Shown piece by piece: positions 16,971-28,558 of a stretch of DNA of 64,000 nucleotides (the first letter of the stretch is position 1; each line of letters starts with the position of its first letter). The position numbers were made by a program, and so were the translations under genes. Source of the stretch: Cyanophyceae cyanobacterium (GTDB taxonomy: Bacteria; Cyanobacteriota; Cyanobacteriia; Cyanobacteriales; Laspinemataceae); NCBI GenBank assembly GCA_038321985.1, contig JBBQFN010000016.1:57714-121713 (forward strand), in the 5' to 3' direction. Below the pieces are notes generated by a model. The model was not told the origin of the DNA. It was given only the letters and a program-made list of their open reading frames with translations, and searched no databases.

Positions 16971-19900
16971 TTAATTCAACGGGGGCAAGCTCAAATCTTC
17001 CACCGGACGAATAATCGGGGCAGCCGGTTCTTCTTCCTGAAAGATAGCATTCAGAGCTAGTTCTAGGGTTTCGGCCATGACAATTCGGTTTTCATAGGCG
17101 ACAATCACCCGGGCTAAAATGGGTAAACTATTTTGTTCCGCCTCAATGTAAAGGGGTTCGACATAGAGCAGCGATCGCTCAATGGGAATCACCAACAAAT
17201 TTCCCTGAATCGCTCGCGACCCTTGGCGATTCCATAAAGAAATCTGCTGAGAAATTACCGGGTCTTGGTTAATTCTGGCTTCAATTTGCTCGGGACCATA
17301 AACTAGCTGTTGCTTCGGGAACTGGTACAGCAGTAAATTCCCATAATGAATCCCGTCTGATCGCCCTCCCATCCAGGCAATCAAATTGTTTCGACTCATT
17401 GGAGTAAACGGGTGCAACAAAATAAATTCTTCCGAGACTTCTGTGGGCAATTTCATAATCAAATAGTAAGGCTCGACCACTTGTTGCTCGGTGCCATAGA
17501 TTTCATTAGGAACTCGCCATTGATCTTCCCGATTATAAAAAACTGTGGGATCGGTCATGTGGTAGGTCAGCAGTCGTTCCGATTGTACCTTGAAAAAATC
17601 CGGGGGATATCGGATATGGCTACGGAGGGCTACCGGCATAGAGTCTAGGGGTTGGAGGAAATTGGGAAAAATCTCTTCCCACGTGTGGACGATGGGGTCG
17701 GAGGGGTCGGCTATGTAAAGTTTAACTTTACCATTGTAGGCATCTACCACAACTTTTACGGAGTTGCGAATGTAGTTAATTTTCTCAGAAGTAGGCTCAG
17801 AATAGGGATAGCGATCGCTAATGGTATAGGCATCGATTATCCAGTACAGGTAATTATCATCGTCCGGAAATGGTTGCTCCGAGGGAGTGGTTCCCAATTC
17901 ATATAAACGGGTATTGGCAACGACCAGATAGGGGTCGCTATCAAATTCTAAAAAGGGAGCGATCGCCCGAATTCGGTCCTTAATATTGCGTCGAAATAAG
18001 ACTCGAGTATCCGGGGTAAAATTATCTGTGAACAACATCTGCCAGTTGTTCAAATATTTAGCAAAGATTAACCGATGCCACCACGAGCCAATCGACACCC
18101 CCCCGGTTCCATCATAAGTGTTGTAAACATTTTCATCACCCTGGGGATAATCTAACTCCGGGACATTACTCGGCACCATCACCTCAGTATCGCTGAGTTC
18201 CCCATAGTAAATCCGGGGATGTCCGATAGGAATGCTGGCGCGAATCAGTTCGTTTGCCGTCCCTAATGTTCCATCAGTGACGGTTTCGCGAACCGTTGGA
18301 CTTTCCATTCCAATATCGCGAACGAAGTAGTCCGGCAACCCCCCTGGACCTACCGTATTGACAGGGCTTAAGGTAAACCCATAACCGTGGGTATAAACTA
18401 AGTGTTCGTTGACCCAAGTTTGAGCTTCCGCAGGAACGGCGCTATAGTCAAGTTCCCGGGCGCTGATCAGGACCTGTTGACGTTCGGTGGTCGATTCGTC
18501 CCCGGGTAAAACGGTTTTTCTGAGGGTGTAACGGTCAATGTCCGCATCTGGGAACTTGTAGTACAGCCGAATTTGCTGGAGTTGGCGATTGGTTTGCAGC
18601 AGAGGCCTTGTATCCCAGAGTCGGATATTATTAATCGTGAGGTCATTGGCGAGGAGATCCTCAACGGTCAGGGCATTTTCCGGGTTGAAGAGTTGAACAT
18701 CAATGCGATCTAGATCAAAACCGGCCCTTGTGAAGGCGATACTACGCTCGATGTAAGGCCGTTCCCGTTCGATTTCGTTCGGTTGTACGATTAAGCGTTG
18801 CACGGCGAAAGGGAGGAGATATCCGGCGATCGCCACCATTACGAAATATAAGCCCAAGGATTGCTTAACCCGTTGAAAGTGGTGTTGTTGCGGTTGACGA
18901 ACTCTGAGGGTTAGATAGAGTAGAAAAAGGGCGATCGCCCCGGACAATAGACTCAACCCCCCGTATATCCACACCTCTAAATTGGCCTGGGTATAACCTG
19001 CACCATAAATCACATTTTTGGGAGAATAGAGCAATTCATAGCGCAGTAACCAATAGCGCAGGCCGATCGCCCCCATAAGGGCTGCACCCAGTCCATATAA
19101 GTGGCGCAATTGCGGATCAGAAAATCCAGGAAATGTGCCTTCGCTGATACTATTGCCCGAGACTAAATAGAGGATAGTGACTGAGGCGAAGAGGAAAACA
19201 AGCACCCCCAGCAGCCAAAATTCTAGCAGTTCCCAAATTGGCAAGTTAAAAATATAAAAGCTAATATCTCGGTTAAAAACAGGGTCGGTAATATTAAAAG
19301 CGGTGGGGTGGAAAAAGACTAGCACTTTTGCCCATTGGCCGGAGAGGACTAAGCCAAAGAAAATGCTGAATAGGGCGGCGATCGCATACAGGATTCGAGG
19401 TGCTAAAACGATGACCACGGTAAACAGTAACAATAGGGCGATTTGCCACCAGTCTGTGGTCATTTGCTGTAACATTTCCTGGCTTGAGTTCAGTCCAAAT
19501 CCCAAGGGGACCGAGGGAGAATTTAAAAGTAACCAGGAACCTGGATGCCAATAATCCACCACCACCTGAGCATAATAAACTAGCAGGCTGGCGATCGCCA
19601 GGGCTAGGAGGATGACCAAGGCGAGTAGGGATTCTAAGTTAACGGAGGTATAGGAATTGAGGGGAGCAGTTTTTTTAAGATTTGCCAGGGGATAGCTAAT
19701 ATGGCGTTTCCAGCGATCGCGCCCTCCGGGAGGTTCTGTCAGTCCCTGGCTGAGTAAATCTAACTTGCCGAATTTCAGGCGATTGGCTACGAAGAGATTG
19801 CCGAAGGCTAAGGTTCCAGTGATTCCCAGTCCTAGAATAAGCAGGATTAAGCGGGTGAAGAGGCGCACCCAAAAGACTCGTTCATAGCCGAGTTCGTGAA

Positions 19901-20006
19901 ACCAAAAACTTTCGGCACTCAAAAAAGCAAAGAGTTCGATTCCCATCCATAGACCAGCGACTGCTATGATCCATCGAAAGGCGTATTTTCCTAACCCTTT
20001 AAGCAT
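16971..20006 (-). CDS. UPF0182 family membrane protein
   Basis: WFHELGY, DPVFNRDISFYIF, NIRLWD, HLVYTHGYG, NYIRNSVK, IRYP. Confidence 0.95.
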   Translation of the reverse strand: MLKGLGKYAFRWIIAVAGLWMGIELFAFLSAESFWFHELGYERVFWVRLFTRLILLILGLGITGTLAFGNLFVANRLKFGKLDLLSQGLTEPPGGRDRWKRHISYPLANLKKTAPLNSYTSVNLESLLALVILLALAIASLLVYYAQVVVDYWHPGSWLLLNSPSVPLGFGLNSSQEMLQQMTTDWWQIALLLLFTVVIVLAPRILYAIAALFSIFFGLVLSGQWAKVLVFFHPTAFNITDPVFNRDISFYIFNLPIWELLEFWLLGVLVFLFASVTILYLVSGNSISEGTFPGFSDPQLRHLYGLGAALMGAIGLRYWLLRYELLYSPKNVIYGAGYTQANLEVWIYGGLSLLSGAIALFLLYLTLRVRQPQQHHFQRVKQSLGLYFVMVAIAGYLLPFAVQRLIVQPNEIERERPYIERSIAFTRAGFDLDRIDVQLFNPENALTVEDLLANDLTINNIRLWDTRPLLQTNRQLQQIRLYYKFPDADIDRYTLRKTVLPGDESTTERQQVLISARELDYSAVPAEAQTWVNEHLVYTHGYGFTLSPVNTVGPGGLPDYFVRDIGMESPTVRETVTDGTLGTANELIRASIPIGHPRIYYGELSDTEVMVPSNVPELDYPQGDENVYNTYDGTGGVSIGSWWHRLIFAKYLNNWQMLFTDNFTPDTRVLFRRNIKDRIRAIAPFLEFDSDPYLVVANTRLYELGTTPSEQPFPDDDNYLYWIIDAYTISDRYPYSEPTSEKINYIRNSVKVVVDAYNGKVKLYIADPSDPIVHTWEEIFPNFLQPLDSMPVALRSHIRYPPDFFKVQSERLLTYHMTDPTVFYNREDQWRVPNEIYGTEQQVVEPYYLIMKLPTEVSEEFILLHPFTPMSRNNLIAWMGGRSDGIHYGNLLLYQFPKQQLVYGPEQIEARINQDPVISQQISLWNRQGSRAIQGNLLVIPIERSLLYVEPLYIEAEQNSLPILARVIVAYENRIVMAETLELALNAIFQEEEPAAPIIRPVEDLSLPPLN

Positions 20007-20323
20007 GAATTTTAGAGTTTAGAGTTTAAATTTTAGGTGTTGCTTTTATTGTAGAGCGATTGCTGTTTAAATGACAGTCAGTCCTGAGTTATAGGCAATT
20101 AATTTACATAAACCTTATATAAAATTAAGCCCCAGTCAAATTCCATTTTCCCCTGAAAAAAGCGGCTGACCGGGTTTACAAAGGGATATTTTCAGCTTTT
20201 GACGCTCTAGATTCTGAACTTCTATATGTATTTTATTATATTAAATTTATATGCAATTTAGATGAATGAGCCACTCCCGGGGGAGGACGCGACTATCCCG
20301 GAGCCAGACTCGATCAATGAGCA

Positions 20324-20347
20324 AGGGCGCACACGGTGCGCCCCTAA
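20324..20347. repeat. REP-like hairpin (GGGCGCAC-N-GTGCGCCCC type)
   Basis: AGGGCGCACACGGTGCGCCCCTAA downstream of hemA. Confidence 0.6.
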
Positions 20348-20385
20348 CCGGACAGGGGAAATGAGAATCAGCCCGTTGGAGTTCC

Positions 20386-21684
20386 CTAGCTGTACTGTTC
20401 GCCCGATCGCGCTTCTGTTTCCAGATTAAACAGTAATCGTAGAGTTTCCATCGCTTGCCGACGAGCCTCAATATCTTGCTGCGCCCGCAGTTGTACCATG
20501 GGGTCATGCAAAATTTTATTAACAATCCCTCGGGTGAGTGCCTCGATTACTTCTTGATGTTTTTCGGCAAATTCCGACCCTAAACGAGACAGGGCTTTTT
20601 CTAGTTCCTGTTCGCGAATGGTTTCGATTTTATCCCGTAAACAGCTAATTGTTGGCACCGTTTCCAAACTGCGCCACCAGACATCAAAGGCTTCGACTTC
20701 TTCTTCCAGTAATCCCTCAGCTTCCATCGCCATTTGACGACGGCTTTCTTGGTTTTGAGCGACCACTGCTTTCAAGTCATCCACATTAAATGAATGGACG
20801 TTGGAGAGGGTATTGACATCAGAATCCACATTACGCGGCACCGAAATATCAATCAGCATCATCGAACAATTTGGATTTAAAATTGCTTCGAGTTTGGACC
20901 GATTTAAGATAGGTTCGGTAGCAGAGGTACTGGTAAAAACAATATCTGTTTCAGCAATTACGCTCATCATGTCTGATATCAGATGCAGTTTCAATTCCGC
21001 ATCTGGGAAATGGGCGGCTAGTTCTTCTGCCCGACGTAACGTGCGATTGAGAATCGTGATTTGAGTAGCACCTTTTGAGAGTAAATGTTGAACCAAGAGT
21101 TTCGACATTTTCCCGGCCCCGAGAATCGCAATGCGATAAGGGGCAAGGTTTTGCACTTTAATTTGAGCGAGTTCTACGGCTGCGGAACTGATAGAAACCG
21201 CACCTGTACCGATGCTGGTTTCAGTGCGGACCCGCTTGCCTGCGGTAATTGCCTGTTTGAGGAGACGATTGAGAATGCGCCCGACCCCATTATGTTGCTG
21301 ACCCAGTTTGTGAGTGTTTTTAACTTGGGCTAAAATTTGGCCTTCTCCGAGGACCAAGCTATCTAATCCGGCGGAAACCCGCATCAGATGCATAACCGCA
21401 TCTTCTTGTAACAAAATAAACAGATGTTGCCGTAACTTATGAAGGTTGAGTTGGCCTCGTTCCGAGAGAAACTGGATAGCTTCCCGAACGCCGGAGTCGG
21501 TTTCACCCGTTACGATATAAATTTCTAAGCGGTTACAAGTGCTGAGAATCGCTACTTCTAGAATATTAGGATAGCTACATAAATGAGCGATCGCCTCTTT
21601 AATCTGGGGTTCGGGAATACTCAGCTTTTCTCGAATTTCTACGGGTGCCGTCTTATGGCTAAGACCTACGACTGCAATATTCAT
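20386..21684 (-). CDS. hemA: Glutamyl-tRNA reductase
   Basis: [53 protein letters not shown]. Confidence 0.98.
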   Translation of the reverse strand: MNIAVVGLSHKTAPVEIREKLSIPEPQIKEAIAHLCSYPNILEVAILSTCNRLEIYIVTGETDSGVREAIQFLSERGQLNLHKLRQHLFILLQEDAVMHLMRVSAGLDSLVLGEGQILAQVKNTHKLGQQHNGVGRILNRLLKQAITAGKRVRTETSIGTGAVSISSAAVELAQIKVQNLAPYRIAILGAGKMSKLLVQHLLSKGATQITILNRTLRRAEELAAHFPDAELKLHLISDMMSVIAETDIVFTSTSATEPILNRSKLEAILNPNCSMMLIDISVPRNVDSDVNTLSNVHSFNVDDLKAVVAQNQESRRQMAMEAEGLLEEEVEAFDVWWRSLETVPTISCLRDKIETIREQELEKALSRLGSEFAEKHQEVIEALTRGIVNKILHDPMVQLRAQQDIEARRQAMETLRLLFNLETEARSGEQYS

Positions 21685-22055
21685 TGTTTCTCCCTGGATT
21701 TTTAGTCGTTTACGCCCTCTTGAGTGTTGAAAAGCGTATCGATGAGATTTTATCTCTGGCGAATTGAATTAATCGGGTTGTCTTTATTTTTATCCTAACT
21801 GAAACCCGGGTGGGTAAGCGTAATACTTGGGGATTTCCCCAGGTGAGGACGCTGGGTCAAGGGGCGATCGCGGGTTGGGGAAGGAGAGGGAGGGAGCGGA
21901 CTTTAGACGGGTCCGCACCACCGGCAGAAGGACTCACCTAGGCGATCGCCAAGGGAGAGAGTCCGCTGATTAACCAGCAAGATTCTAGCCCCTGTAACAT
22001 CACCGTTGTGAGGTCAACCTTCTTCCGTTCCTTCCTTAACCGCGCCGAGTCTCTC

Positions 22056-23093
22056 TTAGCGCAATTGTAGGCTCTTCGGAGTGTCGTTCATATGAATGGT
22101 ATCGACAAAGCGAGCGGTACTCGACTGGCTAGAAATAACCAAGCTGTGAGTGCGAGCGCCGCCTTTGAAGAAGCGAACCCCTTGCATTAACGTACCTGGA
22201 GTAATTCCAGATGCGGCAAACAGAACCGTTTCCCCAGAAGCTAATTCTTCGGCGTTGTAAACGCGATCGGGGTCGGTGATGCCCATTTCGTTCAAACGAG
22301 CGATGTTGCTTTCCTTGCTTTCGCCAATCAGCCCAGTTTTCACGACTTCAGGATCGTAGATTAGCTGACCTTGGAAGTGACCGCCTAAACAGCGCATTGC
22401 AGCAGCAGAGATGACGCCTTCAGGAGCCGCTCCGATACCCATCAGTGCGTGAATGTTGGTTCCAGAAAACGCGCAAGAAATAGCGGCAGAGACATCTCCA
22501 TCGCTGATCAGACGTACTCGGGCTCCGGCTGCACGGATTTCTTCGATTAAGGCTTTGTGACGGGGACGATCCATCACCACCACGACCAATTCCTCAATGG
22601 AGCGACTCATGCAGTCCGAGAGGATTTTCAGGTTTTCGGTGGCAGATTTATTGATGTCCACATGATTTTTGGCGCAGGCGGGGGCGGCTAACTTCTTCAT
22701 GTAGAAGTCAGGAGCGCGGAACAGGCCACCTTTTTCAGCAATGGCGAGAACCGCCATCGAACCGTTTTGTCCGTAAGCGACCAAATTGGTGCCTTCACAG
22801 GGGTCAACGGCGATATCAATTTCGATCAGTTGTTGGGGGTCGCAGAAGTCCTTGGCATTCTCTTGTGTGCAGATGCCGACTTCTTCCCCGATGTACAACA
22901 TAGGAGCTTCATCGCGCTCGCCTTCCCCGATCACGATTCTGCCCCGCATATGAATCCGGTTCATGCGTTCGCGCATCGCTTCTACCGCTACATGGTCAGC
23001 GGTATTTTTGTCGCCTTTACCCATCCAACGAGCCGAAGCGATCGCAGCTTGTTCGACGACTTCAATAATCTCTAAACCGATTACACTATCCAC
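22056..23093 (-). CDS. glpX: Class II fructose-1,6-/sedoheptulose-1,7-bisphosphatase
   Basis: [42 protein letters not shown]. Confidence 0.97.
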   Translation of the reverse strand: MDSVIGLEIIEVVEQAAIASARWMGKGDKNTADHVAVEAMRERMNRIHMRGRIVIGEGERDEAPMLYIGEEVGICTQENAKDFCDPQQLIEIDIAVDPCEGTNLVAYGQNGSMAVLAIAEKGGLFRAPDFYMKKLAAPACAKNHVDINKSATENLKILSDCMSRSIEELVVVVMDRPRHKALIEEIRAAGARVRLISDGDVSAAISCAFSGTNIHALMGIGAAPEGVISAAAMRCLGGHFQGQLIYDPEVVKTGLIGESKESNIARLNEMGITDPDRVYNAEELASGETVLFAASGITPGTLMQGVRFFKGGARTHSLVISSQSSTARFVDTIHMNDTPKSLQLR

Positions 23094-23500
23094 GGAATTT
23101 TCCTCCCAACTGCCTTCGGGCAGCCTTTTCTCTGGCTACAACCGTCTAAAAGTCTATCAGAGGACGGATACCCTTAGCGATCGCTATCCACTCAGTTTTT
23201 GTTAAGTTTTGCTGCTAGGTCGGCTCAAGGGGGTGACTCGCCTGAGTATCCGTGAGATTTTAACAACAATAGAGCGGGCAATTGTCCCGTCCCTAAGCGG
23301 TCTAAGTTGAGGAATCGCCAGCAGTGGGTAACCTGGGAGGGGTAGGGCGGACAAATGTCTGGACTCCGTGGCAGGGGCCGGGAAAATCACGGGCTTTAAA
23401 TTATCGGCTATGATAACCCAGCACGATAGATTCCCACCGGACACCAAGCGCTACCCTTGCTCAATCGTGCTTCTGTGGTCTGATTTAAAACACTTTTACG

Positions 23501-26500
23501 ATGCAAAACAACATGGATGTCGAGGGGTTAGAAATCGAATTGAGATCGGGACTAGATCCGTCTAGTCTGGTGGATGCCTCTGGAGTCTGGCCTTTGTCCA
23601 ATCAGGCGGCGGGCACCGGGTTCGATCCCGAATTTTATTTGAAGGCTTATCCAGATGTAGCGGAGGCGGTTCGCACGGGAGGGTTTGAGAGTGGGTGGGA
23701 ACATTGGCTGCTGTATGGTCAGCAGGAAGGTCGGTTGTCCCTGCCGGAAGCCTTGTCCCCGGAGGATTCTCCCTTAGACCCCTTGATTGGGGAAGTAGCC
23801 CCAAATTTAGGGCAGTTACCCTTAAGTTTTATTCCCAATGCCGGCCAATTTGACCCGGAGGTGAATTTCTCCGTCCGAGGGGCATCTCATGGAATTTTCT
23901 TTACTCCCGAGGAGGTGGTGCTCACGGCAGCGGCCCAACCGGACCCAGAATCCGATGAGTTGCTATCCTCGGTGGTGCGCCTGGACTTTGTAGGGGCGAA
24001 TGCGAATCCGGTGATAGAAGGGATAGAACCTTTGCCGGGACAGGCGAATTTCATTTCAGGTTCCGATGGGTCGAGTTGGTCGGGGAATGTTCCTACCTAC
24101 CAAGGAATTGCCTATCGTGAGCTTTATGATGGGATTGATTTGGTCTATCGCGGCACTGAAGGGGTTTTAAAGCGGGAATTTGTGGTAGACCCGGGTGTAG
24201 ACCCGGGACAAATTCGCCTTGACTATAGCGGAATTGAGGCAGTCGCCCTACGGGAGGGGGCGCTGGTGTTAGAAACGTCTTTGGGTGAGTTAATCGAGGC
24301 GGCACCCATCATTTACCAGGAAATCGAAGGCGATCGCATTTCGGTTTCCGGTGGGTATGAATTGCTCGGTTCGGGCCAAGTTGGATTTGATTTAGGACCC
24401 TATGACCCCAACTATGCCTTGATTATTGACCCGACTCTGCAATATTCCAGCTATTTAGGCGGGACTTTGCAAGATCAAGGAGATGCGATCGCCCTGGATG
24501 CACAAGGGAATATTTATGTCGCAGGGCGAACTATCTCCACGGACTTTCCCACCCGGATTCCGTTACAAGCAACCATCAGCAATCCGGGTTCCTTTAAGTT
24601 TGATGCCTTTGTTACGAAGATTTCTCCTGATGGGACCAGCGCTTTCTACTCGACTTATTTAGGGGGCCTGGAAAATGACCGCGCCTTAGATGTGGCCGTA
24701 GACAGTCGCGGCAGTGTCTTCGTGGTCGGAGAAACGGCTTCGGATAATTTCCCGGTGACGATCGCCTCGGCACAACGAGCGTTTAATGGCGAAGTGGATG
24801 GCTTTATTCTCAAGCTGACTCCCAATGGTGGATTTGTCGAATCCGGTACCTATTTTGGGGGGAGTGGCTTTGATTCAGTTAATAGTATTACCCTCGATAG
24901 TGGGGGGAATTACTATGTGACCGGACAAACCTTTTCGCCCAATTTTCCCATGGTGAATGCGGTACAAAATACCATTGGCGGGAATGGTTCGGATGTGTTT
25001 GTAGCAAAGTTTAACCCCGTGGGAGGGCTGCTTTATTCGACGTTCTTGGGAGGATTTGGGAACGAAGTTGGACGGGCGATCGCCGTGGATGCTAACCTGA
25101 ATATGTATATTACGGGACAGACAAACACGGATAACTTTCCCCTAGCTGCCGAGTTCCAGCGCCGGTATCGAGGCGGTGGTGATGCGTTTGTCACAAAAAT
25201 TAGTAGTGATGGCAGCCAGTTAATTTATTCCACCTATTTAGGGGGACGAGATAGCGATATTGGGAATGCGATCGCTGTGGATGCTGCGGGTCACGTTTAT
25301 ATTGCCGGAAGTACCGGCGTTCCCCGGCAAGCCCAACTGGGGGCCGTGATTCCCTTGGGGGATTTCCCCACCCTTAATCCGATTCAAGCCCAGTTAAATG
25401 GTTTATCCTCCGCGTTTGTAAGCAAGGTGGCACCGGATGGTAAAAGTTTGATTTATTCCACCTTCCTCGGTGGCAGTGGGTTTGAAGAGGGAAATGATAT
25501 GGCGATTGACAATCGCGGAAATGTTTATTTAACGGGACAAACCACCTCTTCAGATTTACCCACGGTTACTCCAATTCAGCCGGGATTTGGGGGAAACGGG
25601 GATGCGTTTGTGGGTAAAATTCTGGCCGACGGGACAACCATCGATTACTTGACCTATTTAGGAGGAAGTGGGTTTGAGTCGGGGAATGCCATTGCTGTCA
25701 ATCCGGCGGGAACTGCATTTGTTACGGGTCAAAGCGCATCGGCGAATTTCTCCACGGTAAATCCGCTACCGAATTCCGCCGGGGGGGTCCAAGGGGATGC
25801 CTTTGTGGTGGCAGTCGCCCAACCGATTTCCCCCACGCAGCCGGTGGTTGCCCCTGTAGGGACGCCTCTTCCCGATGGTCCCGGTGCTTTACCCGGTCCC
25901 GGAGGTGCCGAACCACTTCCCCCTCCTGCCGGACCCACGGAACCGCCAGCGCCACCCCCACCGCCACCACGTTTTGAAAACTTCATTCAGTCACTAACGG
26001 AGAGAGGTCTCAACCCCCTGAGCTTATATTTTAATGAGGGGGGGTATTTAGCGCAAAATCCAGCGGTAGCTGAAGCGGTGGCTACTGGAGAGTTAACCAG
26101 TGGGTTGCAACATTACCTCCTGTTTGGCCGCGCTGAGGGACGTCCCGCAGCGACACAGTTTTTCGATGAAGGGCAGTATCTAGCCCGAAATTCTGATGTG
26201 GCAGTGGCAGTGGGTACGGGACAGGTGGCGAGTGGATTTGAGCATTTCGTGCAGACGGGATTTTTTGAAGGGCGCGATCGCAATGTGAAGCTGTTTTTAG
26301 AAAGCTTTTATCTGCGCCAAAATCCTGATGTAGCTGACGCCGTGGCATCGGGGATTTTTAGCAGTGGTTATAGTCACTATCTCCAGTCCGGGCAATTTGA
26401 GCGCCGCAATCCTAACCCAGTCTTTGACGAAACGTTTTATCTGGGTCAAAATCCTGACGTAGCTGCGATCGTAGCTGCCGGGGGCTTTATGAGTGGATTC

Positions 26501-26680
26501 CAGCATTTCATTGAACAGGGAGAACAGCAGGGTCGTCAACCCAGCCCAGTTTTTAGTGAAACCGCTTATTTGTTACGAAATTTAGACGTAGCCCGGGCTG
26601 TGAATCGCGGGGCTTTTTCAAGTGCGTTTGAGCACTTTGTTCTGTTTGGTTTACAGGAAGGACGGGTGGCGACTCCATGA
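23501..26680 (+). CDS. Surface/secreted protein with 7 SBBP beta-propeller repeats, Pro-rich linker and FDE.FYL..NPDVA repeats
   Basis: Seven YSTYLGG...IAVD..GN.Y..G repeats; one N-terminal and five C-terminal F.E..YL..NPDVA.AV...SG..H repeats. Confidence 0.85.
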   Translation: MQNNMDVEGLEIELRSGLDPSSLVDASGVWPLSNQAAGTGFDPEFYLKAYPDVAEAVRTGGFESGWEHWLLYGQQEGRLSLPEALSPEDSPLDPLIGEVAPNLGQLPLSFIPNAGQFDPEVNFSVRGASHGIFFTPEEVVLTAAAQPDPESDELLSSVVRLDFVGANANPVIEGIEPLPGQANFISGSDGSSWSGNVPTYQGIAYRELYDGIDLVYRGTEGVLKREFVVDPGVDPGQIRLDYSGIEAVALREGALVLETSLGELIEAAPIIYQEIEGDRISVSGGYELLGSGQVGFDLGPYDPNYALIIDPTLQYSSYLGGTLQDQGDAIALDAQGNIYVAGRTISTDFPTRIPLQATISNPGSFKFDAFVTKISPDGTSAFYSTYLGGLENDRALDVAVDSRGSVFVVGETASDNFPVTIASAQRAFNGEVDGFILKLTPNGGFVESGTYFGGSGFDSVNSITLDSGGNYYVTGQTFSPNFPMVNAVQNTIGGNGSDVFVAKFNPVGGLLYSTFLGGFGNEVGRAIAVDANLNMYITGQTNTDNFPLAAEFQRRYRGGGDAFVTKISSDGSQLIYSTYLGGRDSDIGNAIAVDAAGHVYIAGSTGVPRQAQLGAVIPLGDFPTLNPIQAQLNGLSSAFVSKVAPDGKSLIYSTFLGGSGFEEGNDMAIDNRGNVYLTGQTTSSDLPTVTPIQPGFGGNGDAFVGKILADGTTIDYLTYLGGSGFESGNAIAVNPAGTAFVTGQSASANFSTVNPLPNSAGGVQGDAFVVAVAQPISPTQPVVAPVGTPLPDGPGALPGPGGAEPLPPPAGPTEPPAPPPPPPRFENFIQSLTERGLNPLSLYFNEGGYLAQNPAVAEAVATGELTSGLQHYLLFGRAEGRPAATQFFDEGQYLARNSDVAVAVGTGQVASGFEHFVQTGFFEGRDRNVKLFLESFYLRQNPDVADAVASGIFSSGYSHYLQSGQFERRNPNPVFDETFYLGQNPDVAAIVAAGGFMSGFQHFIEQGEQQGRQPSPVFSETAYLLRNLDVARAVNRGAFSSAFEHFVLFGLQEGRVATP

Positions 26681-26898
26681 TCGGATCTAACCCACAGACA
26701 CAGCAGATCTAACCGAATTCCCTGTGTCTTGGGCTGGGTTGAGGGGTTTTGTTCCCCGCAGTGAAATGGGGGGAAACAGTGCGGTTTTCCCTCCTTGTCT
26801 TCACTGCTAAGGATTTGTACGTTATTCTGAATAAGAATACTTCAATATCCTCGGATTGACTACGAAAATTTACGATTGCTTAATTAAAGGAGAGCGCC

Positions 26899-27180
26899 GT
26901 GTCAGTAGAAACCATTGAAAAGACTTCAACGGTTCGGAAAATAGCACCGCGTTATCGAGTTTTGCTGCATAATGATGACTTTAACTCGATGGAACACGTG
27001 GTGCAAACGTTAATGCAGACCGTGCCGAGTTTAACTCAGCCTCAAGCGGTTAGCATTATGATGGAAGCCCATAGCAATGGGATCGCCTTGGTGATTACCT
27101 GTGCCCTTGAACACGCCGAGTTTTACTGTGAAACTCTCAAAAATCACGGGTTGACCAGTACCATCGAACCGGACGAATAG
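26899..27180 (+). CDS. clpS: ATP-dependent Clp protease adaptor ClpS
   Basis: YRVLLHNDDFNSMEHVV, MMEAH, EHAEFYCE. Confidence 0.95.
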   Translation: MSVETIEKTSTVRKIAPRYRVLLHNDDFNSMEHVVQTLMQTVPSLTQPQAVSIMMEAHSNGIALVITCALEHAEFYCETLKNHGLTSTIEPDE

Positions 27181-27194
27181 GGAAAAGGTAAAGC

Positions 27195-28037
27195 GTGAAA
27201 TTGAACTGGGTCCGCTTCGGTCACTATCCGGCACCGGGCAGGTTAGCTATTTTTGTGGCGATGCTGCTTGGGGTTTGGGTGCCGGTAGCGGTGCCGATTT
27301 ATTGGCTTGTCCAGGAGTCCAACTGGGTAAGCATTTTGTCAATGGCAATCTTATATGGAGAGTTTATTCTCCTGGTGCGGTTTTGGGGGTCGCGGGTCTA
27401 CGGAGAACCCCAAATTCTTAACCGCTATGGGTTAGAGTTCTCGGGACACAACGGCCAAGACCTCATTGTAGGTCTTGGCTTTGGTTTGCTGAGTTTGTTG
27501 GGGTTACTGGCTATTGAGGGTCTATTGGGATGGTTGGGATGGCAAATACCGGACCTGGCGGGGTTGTCCAAGGTGATTTTAGAAGGCGTGGCGATCGCCC
27601 TGGGGGTAGGGTTCGCCGAAGAGTTGCTGTTTCGGGGTTGGTTGCTGGATGAGTTACATCGAGATTACCGTCCTGGGGTGGCGATCGCCGTAAATGGGAC
27701 AATTTTTGCCCTGCTGCATTTTATTAAACCGATTGAGGCGATGATTCGGAATTTACCAGCGTTTCCGGGTTTGTTATTACTGGGGTTAACGTTGGTGTCC
27801 GCGAAAAAAGCGGGTCAAGGTCGCTTGGGTTTACCCATAGGCTTTCATGGCGGGTTGGTTTGTGGATATTATATTATTAATACTGGGCAGTTAGTCCAGT
27901 ATTCGGGCGCGGTCCCCGAGTGGGTAACGGGAATGGATCATAACCCCATCGCCGGAATTTCAGGGTTATTTTTGTTAAGTGCGATCGCGCTTTCCCTGTA
28001 TCGTGTCTCGGAGATCAGGGTAAAAAGTGAGAAGTAA
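27195..28037 (+). CDS. CPBP (CAAX/Abi) family intramembrane metalloprotease
   Basis: EELLFRGWL, FALLH, GFHGG motifs; multiple TM segments. Confidence 0.9.
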   Translation: MKLNWVRFGHYPAPGRLAIFVAMLLGVWVPVAVPIYWLVQESNWVSILSMAILYGEFILLVRFWGSRVYGEPQILNRYGLEFSGHNGQDLIVGLGFGLLSLLGLLAIEGLLGWLGWQIPDLAGLSKVILEGVAIALGVGFAEELLFRGWLLDELHRDYRPGVAIAVNGTIFALLHFIKPIEAMIRNLPAFPGLLLLGLTLVSAKKAGQGRLGLPIGFHGGLVCGYYIINTGQLVQYSGAVPEWVTGMDHNPIAGISGLFLLSAIALSLYRVSEIRVKSEK

Positions 28038-28104
28038 ATCAGCGGGTTGTCAACAGTCAGAATAGATCTAGAATTCTCAGATTTTTTGAAGTTGGAAGGG
28101 AATA

Positions 28105-28437
28105 ATGATGCAACCAATTCGATTAGTAACCACTACATTTGTGGCGATCGCAATCTTTGCTGTTCCCGGGCGATCGCAACAATCGCCGCCCCCCTCGCCG
28201 CAGGTATCCCGAGAGGAAATTGTTGAAGCCTGTGTGCAAGACCGGGTAGAAGTATTACCTCCTCTTTTTAGTGATGTACCGCCGGATCATTGGGCCTTTT
28301 TATCGGTTCAAAAAATTTCTTATTGCGGCCCCTTTCGGTCAGCAACCCCTCCGAATTTAATCGAACGTTTGATTCGGGAAGATGGCTTATTGCCGAACCC
28401 AATGAGAGGAACAAATAGTCCTGAACCGGCACTTTGA
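28105..28437 (+). CDS. Small secreted protein with SLH-like segment
   Basis: Signal peptide; FSDVPPDHWAF motif. Confidence 0.7.
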   Translation: MMQPIRLVTTTFVAIAIFAVPGRSQQSPPPSPQVSREEIVEACVQDRVEVLPPLFSDVPPDHWAFLSVQKISYCGPFRSATPPNLIERLIREDGLLPNPMRGTNSPEPAL

Positions 28438-28558
28438 AATAAGAAGGGGCAACGACTCGGAAGGTTAAAGCTGATAGAAGTTCGGCGGGTCCGATTGGAG
28501 AGGTTCCCAAAAATGATATAATGGGAACTGTGATTGCACTGATTTGGGAACCCTCTCC

